A stretch of DNA of 64,000 bases from Candidatus Poribacteria bacterium (GCA_965222225.1 CBDCTK010000002.1:1-64000), one strand, 5' to 3'; positions 47,375 to 59,582 are shown, counted from the stretch's first letter. Made by a program: numbers and translations. The notes: generated by a model from the sequence alone, not told the origin.

Positions 47375-48685
47375 GTGTTAGACCTAAAATTCATTCGCCG
47401 GAACCCTGATGCCATACGAACTATGCTCGACCAACGGAGGATGACTGCGCCTTTAAATCAGCTCCTTGAGATGGATAGTCAATGGCGCGAGACTGTCACC
47501 GGCGTAGAAAATGCCAGGAATCATCAGAATACCATCTCAAAAGGCATTGCGCAACTCAAGATGAACAAGCAGGATGCCTCCGAGCAAATTGCGGAGATGA
47601 AAGGACTCTCTCAGGAACTCAAGAGGTTGAGCAAGCAATCAAATGTCCTTAAGCAACAGATTAATGAGATGCTATTGACGATTCCGAACCTGCCGGATTC
47701 AAGTACTCCTGTTGGAGGCAGCGAGGAAGATAACATAGAAATCAAGCGATGGGGTAATCCGAGAACCTTCGATTTTGAATCAAGACCGCACTGGGAACTT
47801 GCGGAAGAATTGGATATTGTAGATTTTGGGCGGGGCACAAAAATCGCCGGAAGTAATTTTATACTGTTCAAAGGTCTTGGTGCGAGGTTAGAGCGAGGGT
47901 TGATTAACTTCATGATTGATTTGCACGTTTCCAAACACGGTTATACAGAGATTTCTCCGCCGTTTCTCGCCAATCGTAGAACAATGACCGGGACCGGACA
48001 ATTGCCGAAATTTGAAGAAGACATGTATCGCTGCGACCGGGACGAAGAGAATGAAGACAGCGATCTCTTTCTTATTCCAACTGCCGAGGTGCCTGTCACC
48101 AATATCTTCGCAGGGGAGATTTTGGACGCCGACGATCTTCCGATTTATTACGTCGCATACACGCCTTGTTTCCGGCGAGAAGCCGGCTCGTATGGACGGG
48201 AGACACGCGGGTTACAGCGCCTTCACCAGTTCGACAAAGTCGAAATGGTGAAGTTTACACTTCCCGAAAAATCTTACGATGAACATGAAGCCTTGTTGCG
48301 CGATGCCGAGGATATACTACAAGCCCTTGGTCTCCCCTACCGGGTCATTCAACACTGTTCGGTTGAATTGTCGTTCGCGGCTGCAAAATGTTACGACCTC
48401 GAACTTTGGTCGCCCGTAGATCAGAAGTTCAATCTAGAGATTTCTTCCTGCAGTAACTATGAATCGTTCCAAGCCCGACGCGCGAATATCCGGTTTCGTC
48501 GTCAACCGCATGCAAAAACCGAGTTTGTTCATACACTCAATGCGTCGGGCACTGCGTTGCCTCGATTGGTCATCGCGATTCTTGAGAATTATCAACAGGA
48601 GGATGGGACGATTCAGATACCGGAATTACTAAAGCCGTACATGGGCGGTATCGATCTAATCACGTCGGATAGTATATCAGAATAA
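47375..48685 (+). CDS. serS: Seryl-tRNA synthetase
   Basis: GTG start after GGAGG; GTGQLPKF, LIPTAEVP, CFRREAG, HQFDKVE, EISSCSN, HTLNASG. Confidence 0.97.
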   Translation: MLDLKFIRRNPDAIRTMLDQRRMTAPLNQLLEMDSQWRETVTGVENARNHQNTISKGIAQLKMNKQDASEQIAEMKGLSQELKRLSKQSNVLKQQINEMLLTIPNLPDSSTPVGGSEEDNIEIKRWGNPRTFDFESRPHWELAEELDIVDFGRGTKIAGSNFILFKGLGARLERGLINFMIDLHVSKHGYTEISPPFLANRRTMTGTGQLPKFEEDMYRCDRDEENEDSDLFLIPTAEVPVTNIFAGEILDADDLPIYYVAYTPCFRREAGSYGRETRGLQRLHQFDKVEMVKFTLPEKSYDEHEALLRDAEDILQALGLPYRVIQHCSVELSFAAAKCYDLELWSPVDQKFNLEISSCSNYESFQARRANIRFRRQPHAKTEFVHTLNASGTALPRLVIAILENYQQEDGTIQIPELLKPYMGGIDLITSDSISE

Positions 48686-48731
48686 AGAATTCCCCGATTT
48701 ACCAAGATTTTAATGTGATCTGGAGGAATGA

Positions 48732-49568
48732 ATGGACGAGGGCAAAGGTTACGCGAACCCCCAACTGCTAATCTCTCCCGAAACGCTAATCGACAGGCTA
48801 GGTGACGAATCGATTTGCGTTGCGGACACACGACCGACGCATGAGTACGCCGCTGGGCACATTCCCGGCGCGATCCACTTGGATCTGTATTCGCTTAGCT
48901 TGAATGACACGAGCGAGAGACCGTTCAAGTCGTTCATGTGGACGATTGCTTATCTCCTGCGTCAGCGCGGAGTTGATCCGACCAAGACGATCATTTGGTA
49001 TGAGGATATCTCGGGCATCTGTTCCGCAAGGGGATTTTGGTTCTGCGAATACCTTGGGCACGAAGATGTTCACGTGTTGGACGGCGGGTTCAATGCCTAC
49101 GTCGCGGCAGGTGGGCGCGTTAGCATCGAAGCAGACGGGCCCCCGGAAGTTCCGGCGTTTCCAGAGGCCCCGCAATCTCATACACATCTAGACGCGGATA
49201 CAATCCACGGATTGCTTGGAGACGCTGACTTCGTTGTCCTTGATACGCGCACCGACGACGAGCACTATGGGCGAGTTGCCCGCTCCGCTCGCGGCGGCGC
49301 GATTCCGGGGTCAATCCACATTGAGTGGCGCAACAATCTGGATGAAACGGGCGCGTTCAAGTCAGCTCCCGAGCTCCGCGAACTGTATCAATCCGCAGGG
49401 ATAACGCCCGAAAAACGTGTCATGTGTTACTGACAGGGCGGCTACCGCTCTTCCAACGCCTATCTGGCGTTGCGACTCCTAGGGTATCCGAGAGTCAGCA
49501 ATTATTTAGGGTCGTGGAAAGAGTGGGGAGATCGGCTGGATTTGCCGATCGAGATTCCAACCGCGTAA
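48732..49568 (+). CDS. Tandem-domain rhodanese/3-mercaptopyruvate sulfurtransferase, probable selenoprotein (UGA 49431-49433)
   Basis: GHIPGA, GGAIPGS; the frame continues past the TGA as Y-U-QGGYRSS...[10 protein letters not shown] to TAA 49568, with UGA at the catalytic Cys position. Confidence 0.9.
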
Positions 49569-49803
49569 TAGATAACAGAGATGAGGGCGTTGTATCTCGC
49601 TCACGGGTAGGGCTGGCAGGGAGTTCTATGGGGATTAGCTATCGCAGTAAGATTTCTATCGCATTCATTATTCGCTGGCGTGATCCCGATCTACGGGAAG
49701 GGGACACATACCGGGTTACGTAACGCAGTGGATTTGGCAATCCACTGCGAGCGATGATTGAGTCGCTTTAACTCACATTCTCCAGGTTGTTTGTCTCGCA
49801 AGA

Positions 49804-52773
49804 CTACTGCAAGATATCTTCGATCGCCAACGGATTGTCCGACATTTCTTGGTTTGCCGCTTCCAGTTTTTCTCTGCTTGATACCACGCATACCGCACCT
49901 TGATTCAGATTGGACTCAAGCAGTCCCAAAAGCGCACGTTTGACCGATTGAGGGGTACCGGACTTCAGACGCGCGTAGCGTTCCTCCCGTTTTTCAGGCG
50001 TTTGTCCAGTGAGATGACGGTGAAGCGCATCACTCGTTGCCTCGTTCGGTCGAATCGGCTGCTCATAGTTCTTCGCCGTGGCAATAATTGCACGGTCGAT
50101 GTCCGTTTGTGTCCACTGAGTTCCGTGAACAAAGTCGGTCACGCCGTTAAACACTTGGAGAGTTCGACTGATATGTGGGTCACTGTATGAACCGAGATAC
50201 AGCGTTCGACCAAGCGGGCTATACGTGAACCAGGCGCCGTAGGCGTTGCCCTTAAAACGTATCTCGTTCATAATGTAGTCGAGACGGACCATGTGGGCTC
50301 CAAGTGATAACAGTGTTTGATCCGGGTGTGAAGCGTGCTGCGCGGGGATAACTTGGGCACAGTGTGCGACTTGGATAGGCCCCGCCAATCCCTCGCGCGG
50401 CGGAGCTTCAAAGGGAGTGAATCCAACCGGTATCTCAGCTATTGTTTCGTCTCGCATTTTTCCCACCCAGTCCGACAACGTCCCAGAAACTGTTTTGAAA
50501 GCGGAATCGGAGCCAGTGAAACTAGCAGTTACCCGCCCGCGTACTAGCAGAAAATCTCGAATTTCATCAATCTTGCCCATCAGATCGCCACTTTGCTCAT
50601 CAAAATGAGCGTTCAACTCCTCGCTTAGCGAAAGTTGAGGCAAGCCGGAAACCTGCTCGTTCAAATAGCTCTCAGGATTTAGACCGCGCGCGGCGTGATA
50701 CATTGCAGTGCTGGAGCCGTTGTGCACCATATCCGTGCGGTATCTAGCCCGGCTCTGGACAAGCACATCGCGAAGTCGCTCCGAATCCCTAGGATCTAGG
50801 CTGAACAGTAAATCGTGAAACACACTTAACGCCGGAGCAATCTGATCGTCAAGCGTCTTAAGTTGAAAGCGCATATGTCGCAGAGACTGATTCCCGTTAG
50901 AGGCATGTGTCCCAAATCCGGGCGCGCATCCAATCCCGCCTGTAGAAGCGGCCACACGCCGCGCCATCTGCTCGTAGTTCACCCCCGCTGCACCCAACTT
51001 GCGGATAGCTTCAGCATAGCGCGGCAGATATTTCCAGAGATGTTCCGGCAGCCCCTGTAGGTTGAAATTCAGAATAAGATAGTTGATACCGTTTGCGAAG
51101 ACATCATTGTGCAGCAGTTCAACACCGTGGACACTTTCAATAGTCGTCGGGATATGAGTTAAGCGGTTGGGAAGGTCCGTGACTTTGAGTTGCGGGAGCT
51201 TTGCCAGTGCTTCGGGAGCGTTCGGCTCACTGTTGAGCCGGTCCAATTCCTCAGCATCCGCTGCAATCTGTTTCATCTCCGCGTCCGTGAGTTGCGATCG
51301 AACTTTTGCCATGCGATCGGCAAACTCGGTATCAATACGTCCCTGCATTTTCCGATCTGGCTTCACGACAGCGGTTAATCTATGTGGATTTTCCAGCAGT
51401 CTTTCCCGGATGAGCCGATTGAAAAGAGACGGCTCAGCCTCATATTTGCGTTTACAGGTTGACAGATGCTCTGCCATCGGCAGAAATGTCAGCGGATCCG
51501 TGCCGTAAATCCATGTTGAGATTACTCGATCCAGCATTTCCAAAGGAAACATCGATCCGATTTCGAGAAAATGATAAGCCGCCTGTTGGAATGCGGCTTC
51601 CACCAATTCTGGCTCAATCTCAATGTTAGCGACTTCGGAGAGCGTGTCGATCGCCAAGTTTGCGAAGGTATCAACACGGTCCGGTTCGCTGCCTTTCAAC
51701 CCAACGCGAAAGTTTCCTTCTAGCCCGACTGCTCCCGCTCCTGAATAGATTAGGTCCGCTCCGAGCTTCGATCCGATGACCGCCTTTTTCAACGGTGCTC
51801 CCTCATTACCCAGCAAAATCAGGCTCAGAATGTGCATCAACACGGCGTCTTCGGGATCGGTTGCGTCACCTGCTAGCCATTGAAGCATGAGGTACGTCTT
51901 TTCTGTGAGTGGTTCATCGGACGCTACGGGATAGGTGTCGGTCAGCGATCGAGGTTCTTCCCAGCGAGGCTGTCGAGTGATATTTACCCCCGGGGTTTGT
52001 CGAGCAAATCCTTTGAGTCTATCGGTAAGGAACGCCAAGTATTCAAGCGTCGGAATATTTCCATAGAAGAAGAAATAACCATTGCTGGGGTGATAATAAT
52101 CCTTGTGGAACTGCTTAAGAGCGGTGTACGTCAAATCGGGAATTGCGACCGGATCCCCACCGGATTCATTGCTATAAATCGTGTCCGGCAACAGTCCGCG
52201 CGTGACAGAACGGTACATGAGCGATTCGGGATCGGAGAATGCCCCTTTCATCTCATTGTAGACAATCCCGCTGACTGTCAGGTCGCCGGTGGGATTTGCA
52301 GGATCTGCTGGAGCGAGATGGTGACCTTCGCGTTTGAATGTCTGTTCCGTCAGCAACGGATGAAAGACAGCATCAAAATATACTTCGGCGAGATTGAAAA
52401 GATCTTGCTTCACATTGCTCGCCACCGGGTAGTAGGTGCAATCCCAACCGGTCATAGCGTTGATAAACGTCGCCATGCTCATCTTAATCATCTCGAAGAA
52501 CGGCTCTTTAACCGGATATCGGCGCGAGCCGGCAAGCACGCCGTGTTCAAGGATATGAGGCACCCCCGTGTCATCTGACGGCGGTGTGGGGAAGCTGATA
52601 GAGAATAGGTTCTCGGCATCGTCGGCGTGAAGATGCATCAGTCTTGCACCACTTGGCTCGTGTTCAATTTGATATGCTACGGCACGCAACTCTTCAAGTG
52701 GCGTGATTGCTTTTACCTCAAAATCGTCAATATGTTGTCCCACTTGCAACGTTACTTCTGGAGTTTCGGGCAT
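49804..52773 (-). CDS. Presequence protease-like metallopeptidase (M16C, PreP/Cym1)
   Basis: GVPHILEH inverted zincin, FINAMT, VYNEMKG, IRFKGNAYG. Confidence 0.93.
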   Translation of the reverse strand: MPETPEVTLQVGQHIDDFEVKAITPLEELRAVAYQIEHEPSGARLMHLHADDAENLFSISFPTPPSDDTGVPHILEHGVLAGSRRYPVKEPFFEMIKMSMATFINAMTGWDCTYYPVASNVKQDLFNLAEVYFDAVFHPLLTEQTFKREGHHLAPADPANPTGDLTVSGIVYNEMKGAFSDPESLMYRSVTRGLLPDTIYSNESGGDPVAIPDLTYTALKQFHKDYYHPSNGYFFFYGNIPTLEYLAFLTDRLKGFARQTPGVNITRQPRWEEPRSLTDTYPVASDEPLTEKTYLMLQWLAGDATDPEDAVLMHILSLILLGNEGAPLKKAVIGSKLGADLIYSGAGAVGLEGNFRVGLKGSEPDRVDTFANLAIDTLSEVANIEIEPELVEAAFQQAAYHFLEIGSMFPLEMLDRVISTWIYGTDPLTFLPMAEHLSTCKRKYEAEPSLFNRLIRERLLENPHRLTAVVKPDRKMQGRIDTEFADRMAKVRSQLTDAEMKQIAADAEELDRLNSEPNAPEALAKLPQLKVTDLPNRLTHIPTTIESVHGVELLHNDVFANGINYLILNFNLQGLPEHLWKYLPRYAEAIRKLGAAGVNYEQMARRVAASTGGIGCAPGFGTHASNGNQSLRHMRFQLKTLDDQIAPALSVFHDLLFSLDPRDSERLRDVLVQSRARYRTDMVHNGSSTAMYHAARGLNPESYLNEQVSGLPQLSLSEELNAHFDEQSGDLMGKIDEIRDFLLVRGRVTASFTGSDSAFKTVSGTLSDWVGKMRDETIAEIPVGFTPFEAPPREGLAGPIQVAHCAQVIPAQHASHPDQTLLSLGAHMVRLDYIMNEIRFKGNAYGAWFTYSPLGRTLYLGSYSDPHISRTLQVFNGVTDFVHGTQWTQTDIDRAIIATAKNYEQPIRPNEATSDALHRHLTGQTPEKREERYARLKSGTPQSVKRALLGLLESNLNQGAVCVVSSREKLEAANQEMSDNPLAIEDILQ

Positions 52774-52829
52774 TCAAGTCTCCTTCTCTGATTGAATCGG
52801 ATTTTTTCTTTAGTTATCGGATACGGCGA

Positions 52830-54081
52830 TTAGATGATTTCGCGTGCGCAAGAACAGAGTTCCTTCGGATATTGCCGGGGTTGCCATACAGATGTTTCCC
52901 ATAGCATTCGTGGCGAGAACTTTGAATTCTGGTCCCGCCTGAATGACTTAGATGCCACCAACTTCGCTCGTAAAGTAGATTTCGCCGTTAGCGGCGACCG
53001 GTGATGCCGTAAAGCCGGTAGCACCACGACCTAGACGTTTTTCATAAATGCGTTCACCCGTATCTGCTTGGTAGCATGACAGAACACCGTTGTCCCGGCA
53101 GCTATAAAGATAATCGCCGTAATCTATGGGAGTTTGCATATATGCTCCACCTGGGTCATCACTCCAAACGATATAGTTGCCGACATCAGGTTTTTTTCCG
53201 GGCGAAATATCTCCGCCTCCGCTAAGTTTCCACAGCCCTTGGCAGGGATCAAAATCATAGCCCCCGATATGTTTGTAGCCATTTACGACAACTTGGGTTT
53301 TGTCTTCTCGGCTTTGAATCGCCGGAGTGCACCACGTTGGCACTTCGTCGCGCGGTGTTTTCCACATGTATTCCCCATCTTCTATTCTGAATGAAGTTAT
53401 GATTGAACCTATTTGAACCTCGCACTGGACGATTATCACGTTTTCATGAATCGCGGGTGAACTTGCAAAACCCCATTGCGTCTCGGGTAAGTAAAAGAAT
53501 CCAGAGTCAAGGATACCCAAGTGACGCTTCCAAAGCACCGTCCCATCCATGTTATAACAATACAGCCCTTCGGAACCAAAAAAGGCAACCACGTATTTAC
53601 CATTTGTAGCCGATGTGCAGTTGGCGTGAGTCGTTTTCGGATATCGCTTTATCTTAGGTACAGCTTGGTGCACGGTTCGCTTCCATAGAATTTCCCCTGT
53701 GTTTTTATCGAGGCAATAAACAAGCCATTCATGTACGCTCTCGTCATCTACCGGCTCAACATCGCCATACAGCCCAACTTTCAGCGGTGTATCCATTTTT
53801 CCGCTGATTGCGGTGGTTATGTAGATGCGTTGATCTCAAATCACCGGACTGGAATGCCCTAGACCAGCAATTGGCGACTTCCACTTGATGTTCTCAGAAT
53901 TCTCTATGTGCGAGGAGGTTGGAGTTGGGAAATTCTCAGCCACACCGCTGGCGCCCGGTCCACGAAAGGTCGGCCAATGTACGCCCTGCGGCTCAGTAGC
54001 TGCCGCTGCCACACAGATGAAGATTATTTGAATGGCGGCAATAGGTACGACCATAGTTGCCGCCTTGAGTGGGGGTTTCAT
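52830..54081 (-). pseudogene. PQQ-like beta-propeller (BamB-like) protein, disrupted
   Basis: WPTFRGP...GLGHSSPVI* (TGA 53836), then WGFASSP, WCTPAI, FTASPVAANG; a further stop/frameshift near 52948. Confidence 0.8.
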
Positions 54082-54252
54082 AATCCTAAACCAGTCCTAT
54101 GTTGTATTAGTCAACGAAACGGTTTACATGTCATTCTGTTCCCACGGATGGACGACCTCACCGGTCAAGGCTTGGATTTGGCACTCCAAGCCGAGCGGGA
54201 AAAAGCTATGAGCATCTAACATTTACGTGACCAATACAAAACCAGTCCCATG

Positions 54253-57012
54253 TTAAAGCGGTACAATCTGGACGGGGCAAACCTTGAGTTCAGCAGTTTG
54301 TGTAATCGGATCGTAGCCAGAGCCCGTGAGGATATTGACCGGTACATCACTGAAACTGAAACTGGCGAAAACCGTACCGCGGGGCGAACGGTTTGTGCTT
54401 TTTACCCTAATCTTCACCGAGCCGCGCCGACTGGACATCTTGCACCAATCGCCATCCGTGAGCCCCCACTCTATTGCATCGGCGGGATGCACTTCAAGAA
54501 CTTCCTCTGATAATAAATAATCAATCCCCTGCGCGCGCCCCGTCTGTGTGCGTGTATGGTAGGACGCAAGCCTACGACCCGTCGTGAGCCACACCGGAAA
54601 TTCGTCGCTGATTATTTCTGCAGGATCGCGATAGTTTACAATCGAAAAAATTCCGCGTCCGTTGACGAACTCGCCTTCATGCAATCGCGGGGTGCCGGGG
54701 TGGTCGTCATGGGGCACGGGCCATTGATATTCGCCGGCATCAATTCGCTCCCAATCAAGACCTGCGTAGATAGGCGAAACACGGCATAGTTCGTTGAAAA
54801 TATCCTTGGGGGATTCAAAGTCGAATCCGTTGAACCCGAGTCGTTTGGCAATCTGACAGATAGCCCACCAATCGGGTTTTGCCTGTCCCTGCGCCGGTAC
54901 CGCCGCACGCATCCGCTGAACGCGCCGTTCGGTGTTAGTTTGCACGCCATCGGTTTCCGCCCAAGCAGTCGCCGGCAGGACAACATCGGCGAGTTGTGCT
55001 GTGTCGGTCAGGAAGATATCGATTACTACAAGGTGGTCAAGACTGCGTAACGCATGCTCGCAATGCTCTCGATTCGGGTCGGAGAGAAGGGTGTTCTCCC
55101 CGTCAATTAGCATTGCCCGAATCCGATCGCCGCAAAGATCGAGTGCCGTTACTTTGGTAATACCATTTTCAAGATCGATTGTCCTGCCGTAAAGCTCCCT
55201 GAACTTCTCTTGATTTGCGGCATCGGTAACCGGCTGGAATCCGGGGTAATTGTTGGGAATAGCGCCGCTGTCACCAGCCCCCTGAATGTTGTTCTGGCCG
55301 CGCATCGGGTTTATGCCGGTGCCTTCTCGTCCAACATTGCCGGTCATCAATGCGAGATTACAGAGACTTTGCACATTCTCGACGCCGCAGATGTGTTCAG
55401 TGATGCCAAGCGTGTAGTAGATTGCTCCTTTGTCTGTCCTGCCGTACCAAATTGCCGCGGTTTCGATATCCTTTGCCGGCACATTCGTAATCTCCTCCGC
55501 CCACTCGGGCGTGAACTGCGTGATGTGCTCGAAAAAGTCATCAAACTCGACCGTCCGATTGCGGATAAATTCATCATCCATCAATCCCTCGCGTGCGATC
55601 ACGTGCGCCATGGCGAGTAGCAATGCGGTGTCTGAACCCACTCGCAGGGGGAGATAGAGATCTGCCATTTCGGCGAGCTTAATTCTCCGCGGATCCGCCA
55701 CGATGAGTTTTGCTCCGCGTGCCACAGCCTTCTTGATGCCCGTCGCAGCAACCGGGTGACATTCGGTCATATTGGTTCCAATGCAAAAAATCACGTCCGG
55801 TTTCTGCATGTCAACGAGCGGATTTGACATCGCGCCGCGTCCAATTGTGGCTGCCAGACCGGCAACCGTTGGCGCGTGTCAGGCACGGCTACAGTTATCA
55901 ATATAATTCGTCCCGAAGCCTGCGCGAATGAATTTCTGCATTATGTAAGCCGCTTCGCTCGGCGCGCGGCCAGAAGCAACGCCGTAAACGCTGTCTCGCC
56001 CATATTTCGTTTGGGCTTTTCGAAAACCTTCGGCGGTACGATCAAGCGCTTCATCCCACTCCGCCTCGTGCAACTTTCCGTCTCGTCCGCGGACAAGGGG
56101 TGTGGTCAGTCGATCCGAATGCTGAACGAAATCAAAAGCGAATTGTCCTTTGACACAAAGCGCGCCTTTGTTCGCCGGTCCGTCCATGGCTGGCTGGATG
56201 CCAACGATTTTCTCGTTCTTGGTCAGAACATCAACCGAGCACCCTACGCCGCAGTAGGGACAAATGGTGCGAGTTTTTTCAATTTCACCGGGCAGATCGA
56301 CCGCACGCATCGCCTTTTTGTCGCCAAGCGCCCCGGTTGGGCACGTCTGTACACACTGTCCACAGAAGGTGCACGCAGACTCCTTCAGAAGCCCGTTAAA
56401 CTCCGTGGTAATTTTCGTGTGAAACCCTCGGTTCATGACGCTAATCGCGTAGTCTCCCTCCTGTTCGGCACATACACGAACGCAACGGTAGCAGGAGATA
56501 CAGAGGTCGTAATCGCGCAAGATAAACGGGTTGGTGTCATCTACATTGCTCTTGCCAGATTGTTTGCCCCTGAAACGCCCATTCCGCGTCTGATAGCGAT
56601 CGGCAAGGGTGGAAAGTTCTTGAGAAGCGTAGCCTCGCAGCGGATCGACAGCCGTCTCGGGATTTTCTGACGCAACCATTTCAAGTAGCGTTTTTCGATA
56701 TTTCTCGATTTTCTCCGTCGCCGTTTGGACGACCATGCCAGATGTCACCTTCGTTGTACATGATGCGACAGGATTTCGCGACCCTTCAAGTTCAACGACA
56801 CAGAGTCGACATCCTCCGAAGGCATCAAGGCGAGAATCGTAGCATAACGTAGGGATGTTTTTACGATTGCGGGTTGCAACTTCGTAAATTGTTTCGCCAT
56901 CCGCGAAACTCACTATCTCCCCGTCAAGAGAGATTGTATTTAGCCTTTTTTCTTCGACGGAAGATTCTCGTGTTTGTCGCTGTTTAGTCATTTGATTTCT
57001 CATGGTTTTCAT
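54253..57012 (-). CDS. fdhF: Formate dehydrogenase alpha subunit, selenoprotein (UGA 55879-55881)
   Basis: [2Fe-2S]/[4Fe-4S] N-terminus, CPYCGVGC..C; DNCSRA-U-HAPTVAGL in frame with ORF 54253-55830; PMRGQNNIQG; SECIS GGTTGCC-GGTCT-GGCAGCC. Confidence 0.93.
55849..55867 (-). promoter_or_regulatory. SECIS element of fdh
   Basis: Hairpin with a GG-led loop 18 nt after UGA, resembling the E. coli fdhF SECIS. Confidence 0.8.
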
Positions 57013-57244
57013 CCGGCGAGATTTACTAATTAGTTCACATTTTCTAGGTCTGCGACGTTTTCTATTATATGATAACTTGGGTGAGATATGAATCCTGATT
57101 TACGGATTCAGGCGTATTGTACCAGTTCGTGGGTCGGGCTGGAAGGGATCTCTATCGCGCTTCTTATTCAGTCGCTTGATCCCGACCTACCAGAATAGGT
57201 AGCACATGGGTGACAAAGGTCCCTTGGTAGACTTGAGACGCGAA

Positions 57245-58921
57245 TCACAGTTTACCCTCAACGTGCCGCTCGACATTCTTCGGGAAGTACCGTATCATGC
57301 TGTCGACAATAAGTGGAGCGGCCATGCCGAGACCGCAGGCGCTCGTCGCTTTCATTGCCTCGCTAATGTCATTTACTTCTCTGAGCCATTCTCCCATATC
57401 CATCGGACCGGCATCTCCCCCTAAACGTTCAGTGAGGCGTTGTGTTCCAATCCGACAGGGAAAACATTTTCCACACGATTCTTCGGCAAAGAATTCCATT
57501 GCGTTGCGCGCTATGCTCACAATGTCTCGGCTGTCGTCGAAAACGATAATTCCGGCAGCGCCTAGCATTGAACGCTTTGCTTTTACACTTGGTTCATCAA
57601 GTGTTACTTCCAGGTCGTTTCCGGAGAGGAAACCGCCCGACAATCCTGCCATAGTGACCGCCTGAATGGAACGATCTCTTTGTGCGCCACCCGCCCAGTC
57701 GTAAAGCAGTGTTTTCAGCGGCAGTCCAAACGGCACCTCGTAGTTGCCCGGTTTCTGAATATCGCCCGAGAGACTGATGACCTTCGTACCGGCGTGACCA
57801 TTTAATCCAAGCCCGCGATACCATTCCGCTCCGCGGTGAAGAATCTGCGGTACAGAAACGAGTGTCTCAACATTATTGACTGCGGTTGGAAGATTCTCAA
57901 ATCCGTGAGTCACCGGATAGGGCGGGCGATTCCTTGGAAACGGGTGTTTGCCTTCAAGACTGTTCAGGAGCGAACCTTCTTCGCCACAGATATATGCCCC
58001 TGCGCCGCGTCGAATGTGGATTTGAAAGTTGAAGTCGGTTCCGAGAATTCCGTCGCCAACAAATCCTGCTTCTTCCGCTTCGGCGATTGTGCGTTCAAGG
58101 ATATCGAAAGTTTCCGGATATTCGTATCGAAGATAAATGAACCCGCGCTCCGCGCCAGTCGCATATGCGGCTAACGTCATACCCTCAATAACCGCGTGCG
58201 GGTCGTAATCTAAAATCGCGCGGTCTTTGAAACATCCGGGTTCCCCTTCATCCGCGTTACAAACAATTGTCTTTGGTTCTCCGGGCGCTTCTGCCACTGA
58301 CTTCCATTTTAGACCGGTGGGGAAACCGGCACCCCCGCGCCCTGCCAACTTACTATCAACAATGAGTTCAATGACGTTGGTTGGGGCCATCTCGTTTATC
58401 GCGTTGGTTAGTCCTTGGTACCCCCCAGTTCGCCGGTATCCTTCTATAGTAGATCTGCCGGGTTCTCGAATGGATGCAAAAACACATTCCTCAATTCCGC
58501 CGGGATTTGGTGGTGGCAGTGGAGAGGGTTTTGGTGCTATCGCCTCCGGGCTTGTGCCGGTCAATACCGAGTGTCCTTGAAGAACTGGCACAAAATCATC
58601 GCACCGACCAGCACACGGCATCGGCGTGGCACCTTTGTCCTTGAGCGCTTCAAGGATTTCTCGTCCGCCGGCTAGGCAGCATACAGGCCCCGTACATACC
58701 CTAGGAGCACTCTGCCCCGGAGAGTTACGGGAGAAGTGATGGTAGAAGGTGACAGTTCCAAACAGGTCTGCCAGAGGAATCCTAAGCCCGATAGCCACAT
58801 CCCGAAGTGCGTCTTCCGAGATAAAACCATCTCGATCGTGGAACGCGTGCAGCAGAGGGAGTAGTGGCGCTGGTTCTTCCCGCCATCTGTCGATTAGCTC
58901 ATGGTTAGTAGGGGTTGCCAT
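57245..58921 (-). CDS. NAD-dependent FDH diaphorase subunit (short NuoE-like domain fused to NuoF-like domain)
   Basis: LAGRGGAGFPTG, NADEGEPG, GAGAYICGEE, ESCGKCFPCRIG...CGLG. Confidence 0.92.
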   Translation of the reverse strand: MATPTNHELIDRWREEPAPLLPLLHAFHDRDGFISEDALRDVAIGLRIPLADLFGTVTFYHHFSRNSPGQSAPRVCTGPVCCLAGGREILEALKDKGATPMPCAGRCDDFVPVLQGHSVLTGTSPEAIAPKPSPLPPPNPGGIEECVFASIREPGRSTIEGYRRTGGYQGLTNAINEMAPTNVIELIVDSKLAGRGGAGFPTGLKWKSVAEAPGEPKTIVCNADEGEPGCFKDRAILDYDPHAVIEGMTLAAYATGAERGFIYLRYEYPETFDILERTIAEAEEAGFVGDGILGTDFNFQIHIRRGAGAYICGEEGSLLNSLEGKHPFPRNRPPYPVTHGFENLPTAVNNVETLVSVPQILHRGAEWYRGLGLNGHAGTKVISLSGDIQKPGNYEVPFGLPLKTLLYDWAGGAQRDRSIQAVTMAGLSGGFLSGNDLEVTLDEPSVKAKRSMLGAAGIIVFDDSRDIVSIARNAMEFFAEESCGKCFPCRIGTQRLTERLGGDAGPMDMGEWLREVNDISEAMKATSACGLGMAAPLIVDSMIRYFPKNVERHVEGKL

Positions 58922-59582
58922 TGTGTAGTCCCTGATCAATTGTGAGGCAGCAAATCTCGGCGTTACGCATTAGCCAATTCGGTTGCCAAAGCCAACCGAC
59001 GTCCCTAAATGGTAGCAATTTTTTCACGGTGGGTCAACACGAATTTTGTGCTCATTTGCCCCCAGCTTTTCAAGGGGCGTGAATTGGCGGTGTTTTTAGA
59101 CTCCGCATCAGTGAGAAATGCTGACAATAGAGATCTCAAAGACGCGAGCTCCCCCACGCCTGAAAGATAACCTGTTTGTAAGTGATTAGTGGCTAGTGAA
59201 AACCCTGAAACCGTATGCGGGATAATGAATGGGATCTCTATCAGGATTTGCTATCGCCTTCGTTATCCACTCGTTTGATCGGTCATTATTCATTCCCTTG
59301 ATCGCCCAATATCCATTCGCTTGATACTATTCGGTCAGTTAATCGCTCCGTAATCAATCGGGGCAAGATGCCCCTCCCACCCGACGGAAATATGGAATGG
59401 TGGGCAGGGGAGTCCTATCGCACTCACTATCCATTCGCTTGATTCCACCCGACATATAGCTGATTGATAACTCGTTTGAGGATTGTCGCGATTCGGAGAT
59501 CGCTCCTACAGAGTTGCGTTATGCGGTCGTTTGATTGAAATTCGTAATATCAGATTATGCATTACGCATTGCGCAATCGTTT

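Noticed and set aside
53836-53838. TGA in the PQQ-like gene as selenocysteine
   Set aside because: It falls at a conserved Trp position (SSPVIW) and the gene has other lesions
59100-59180. Glycine or Moco riboswitch upstream of the fdh operon
   Set aside because: Only an isolated ATCTTTCAGG-like word; other consensus elements are missing
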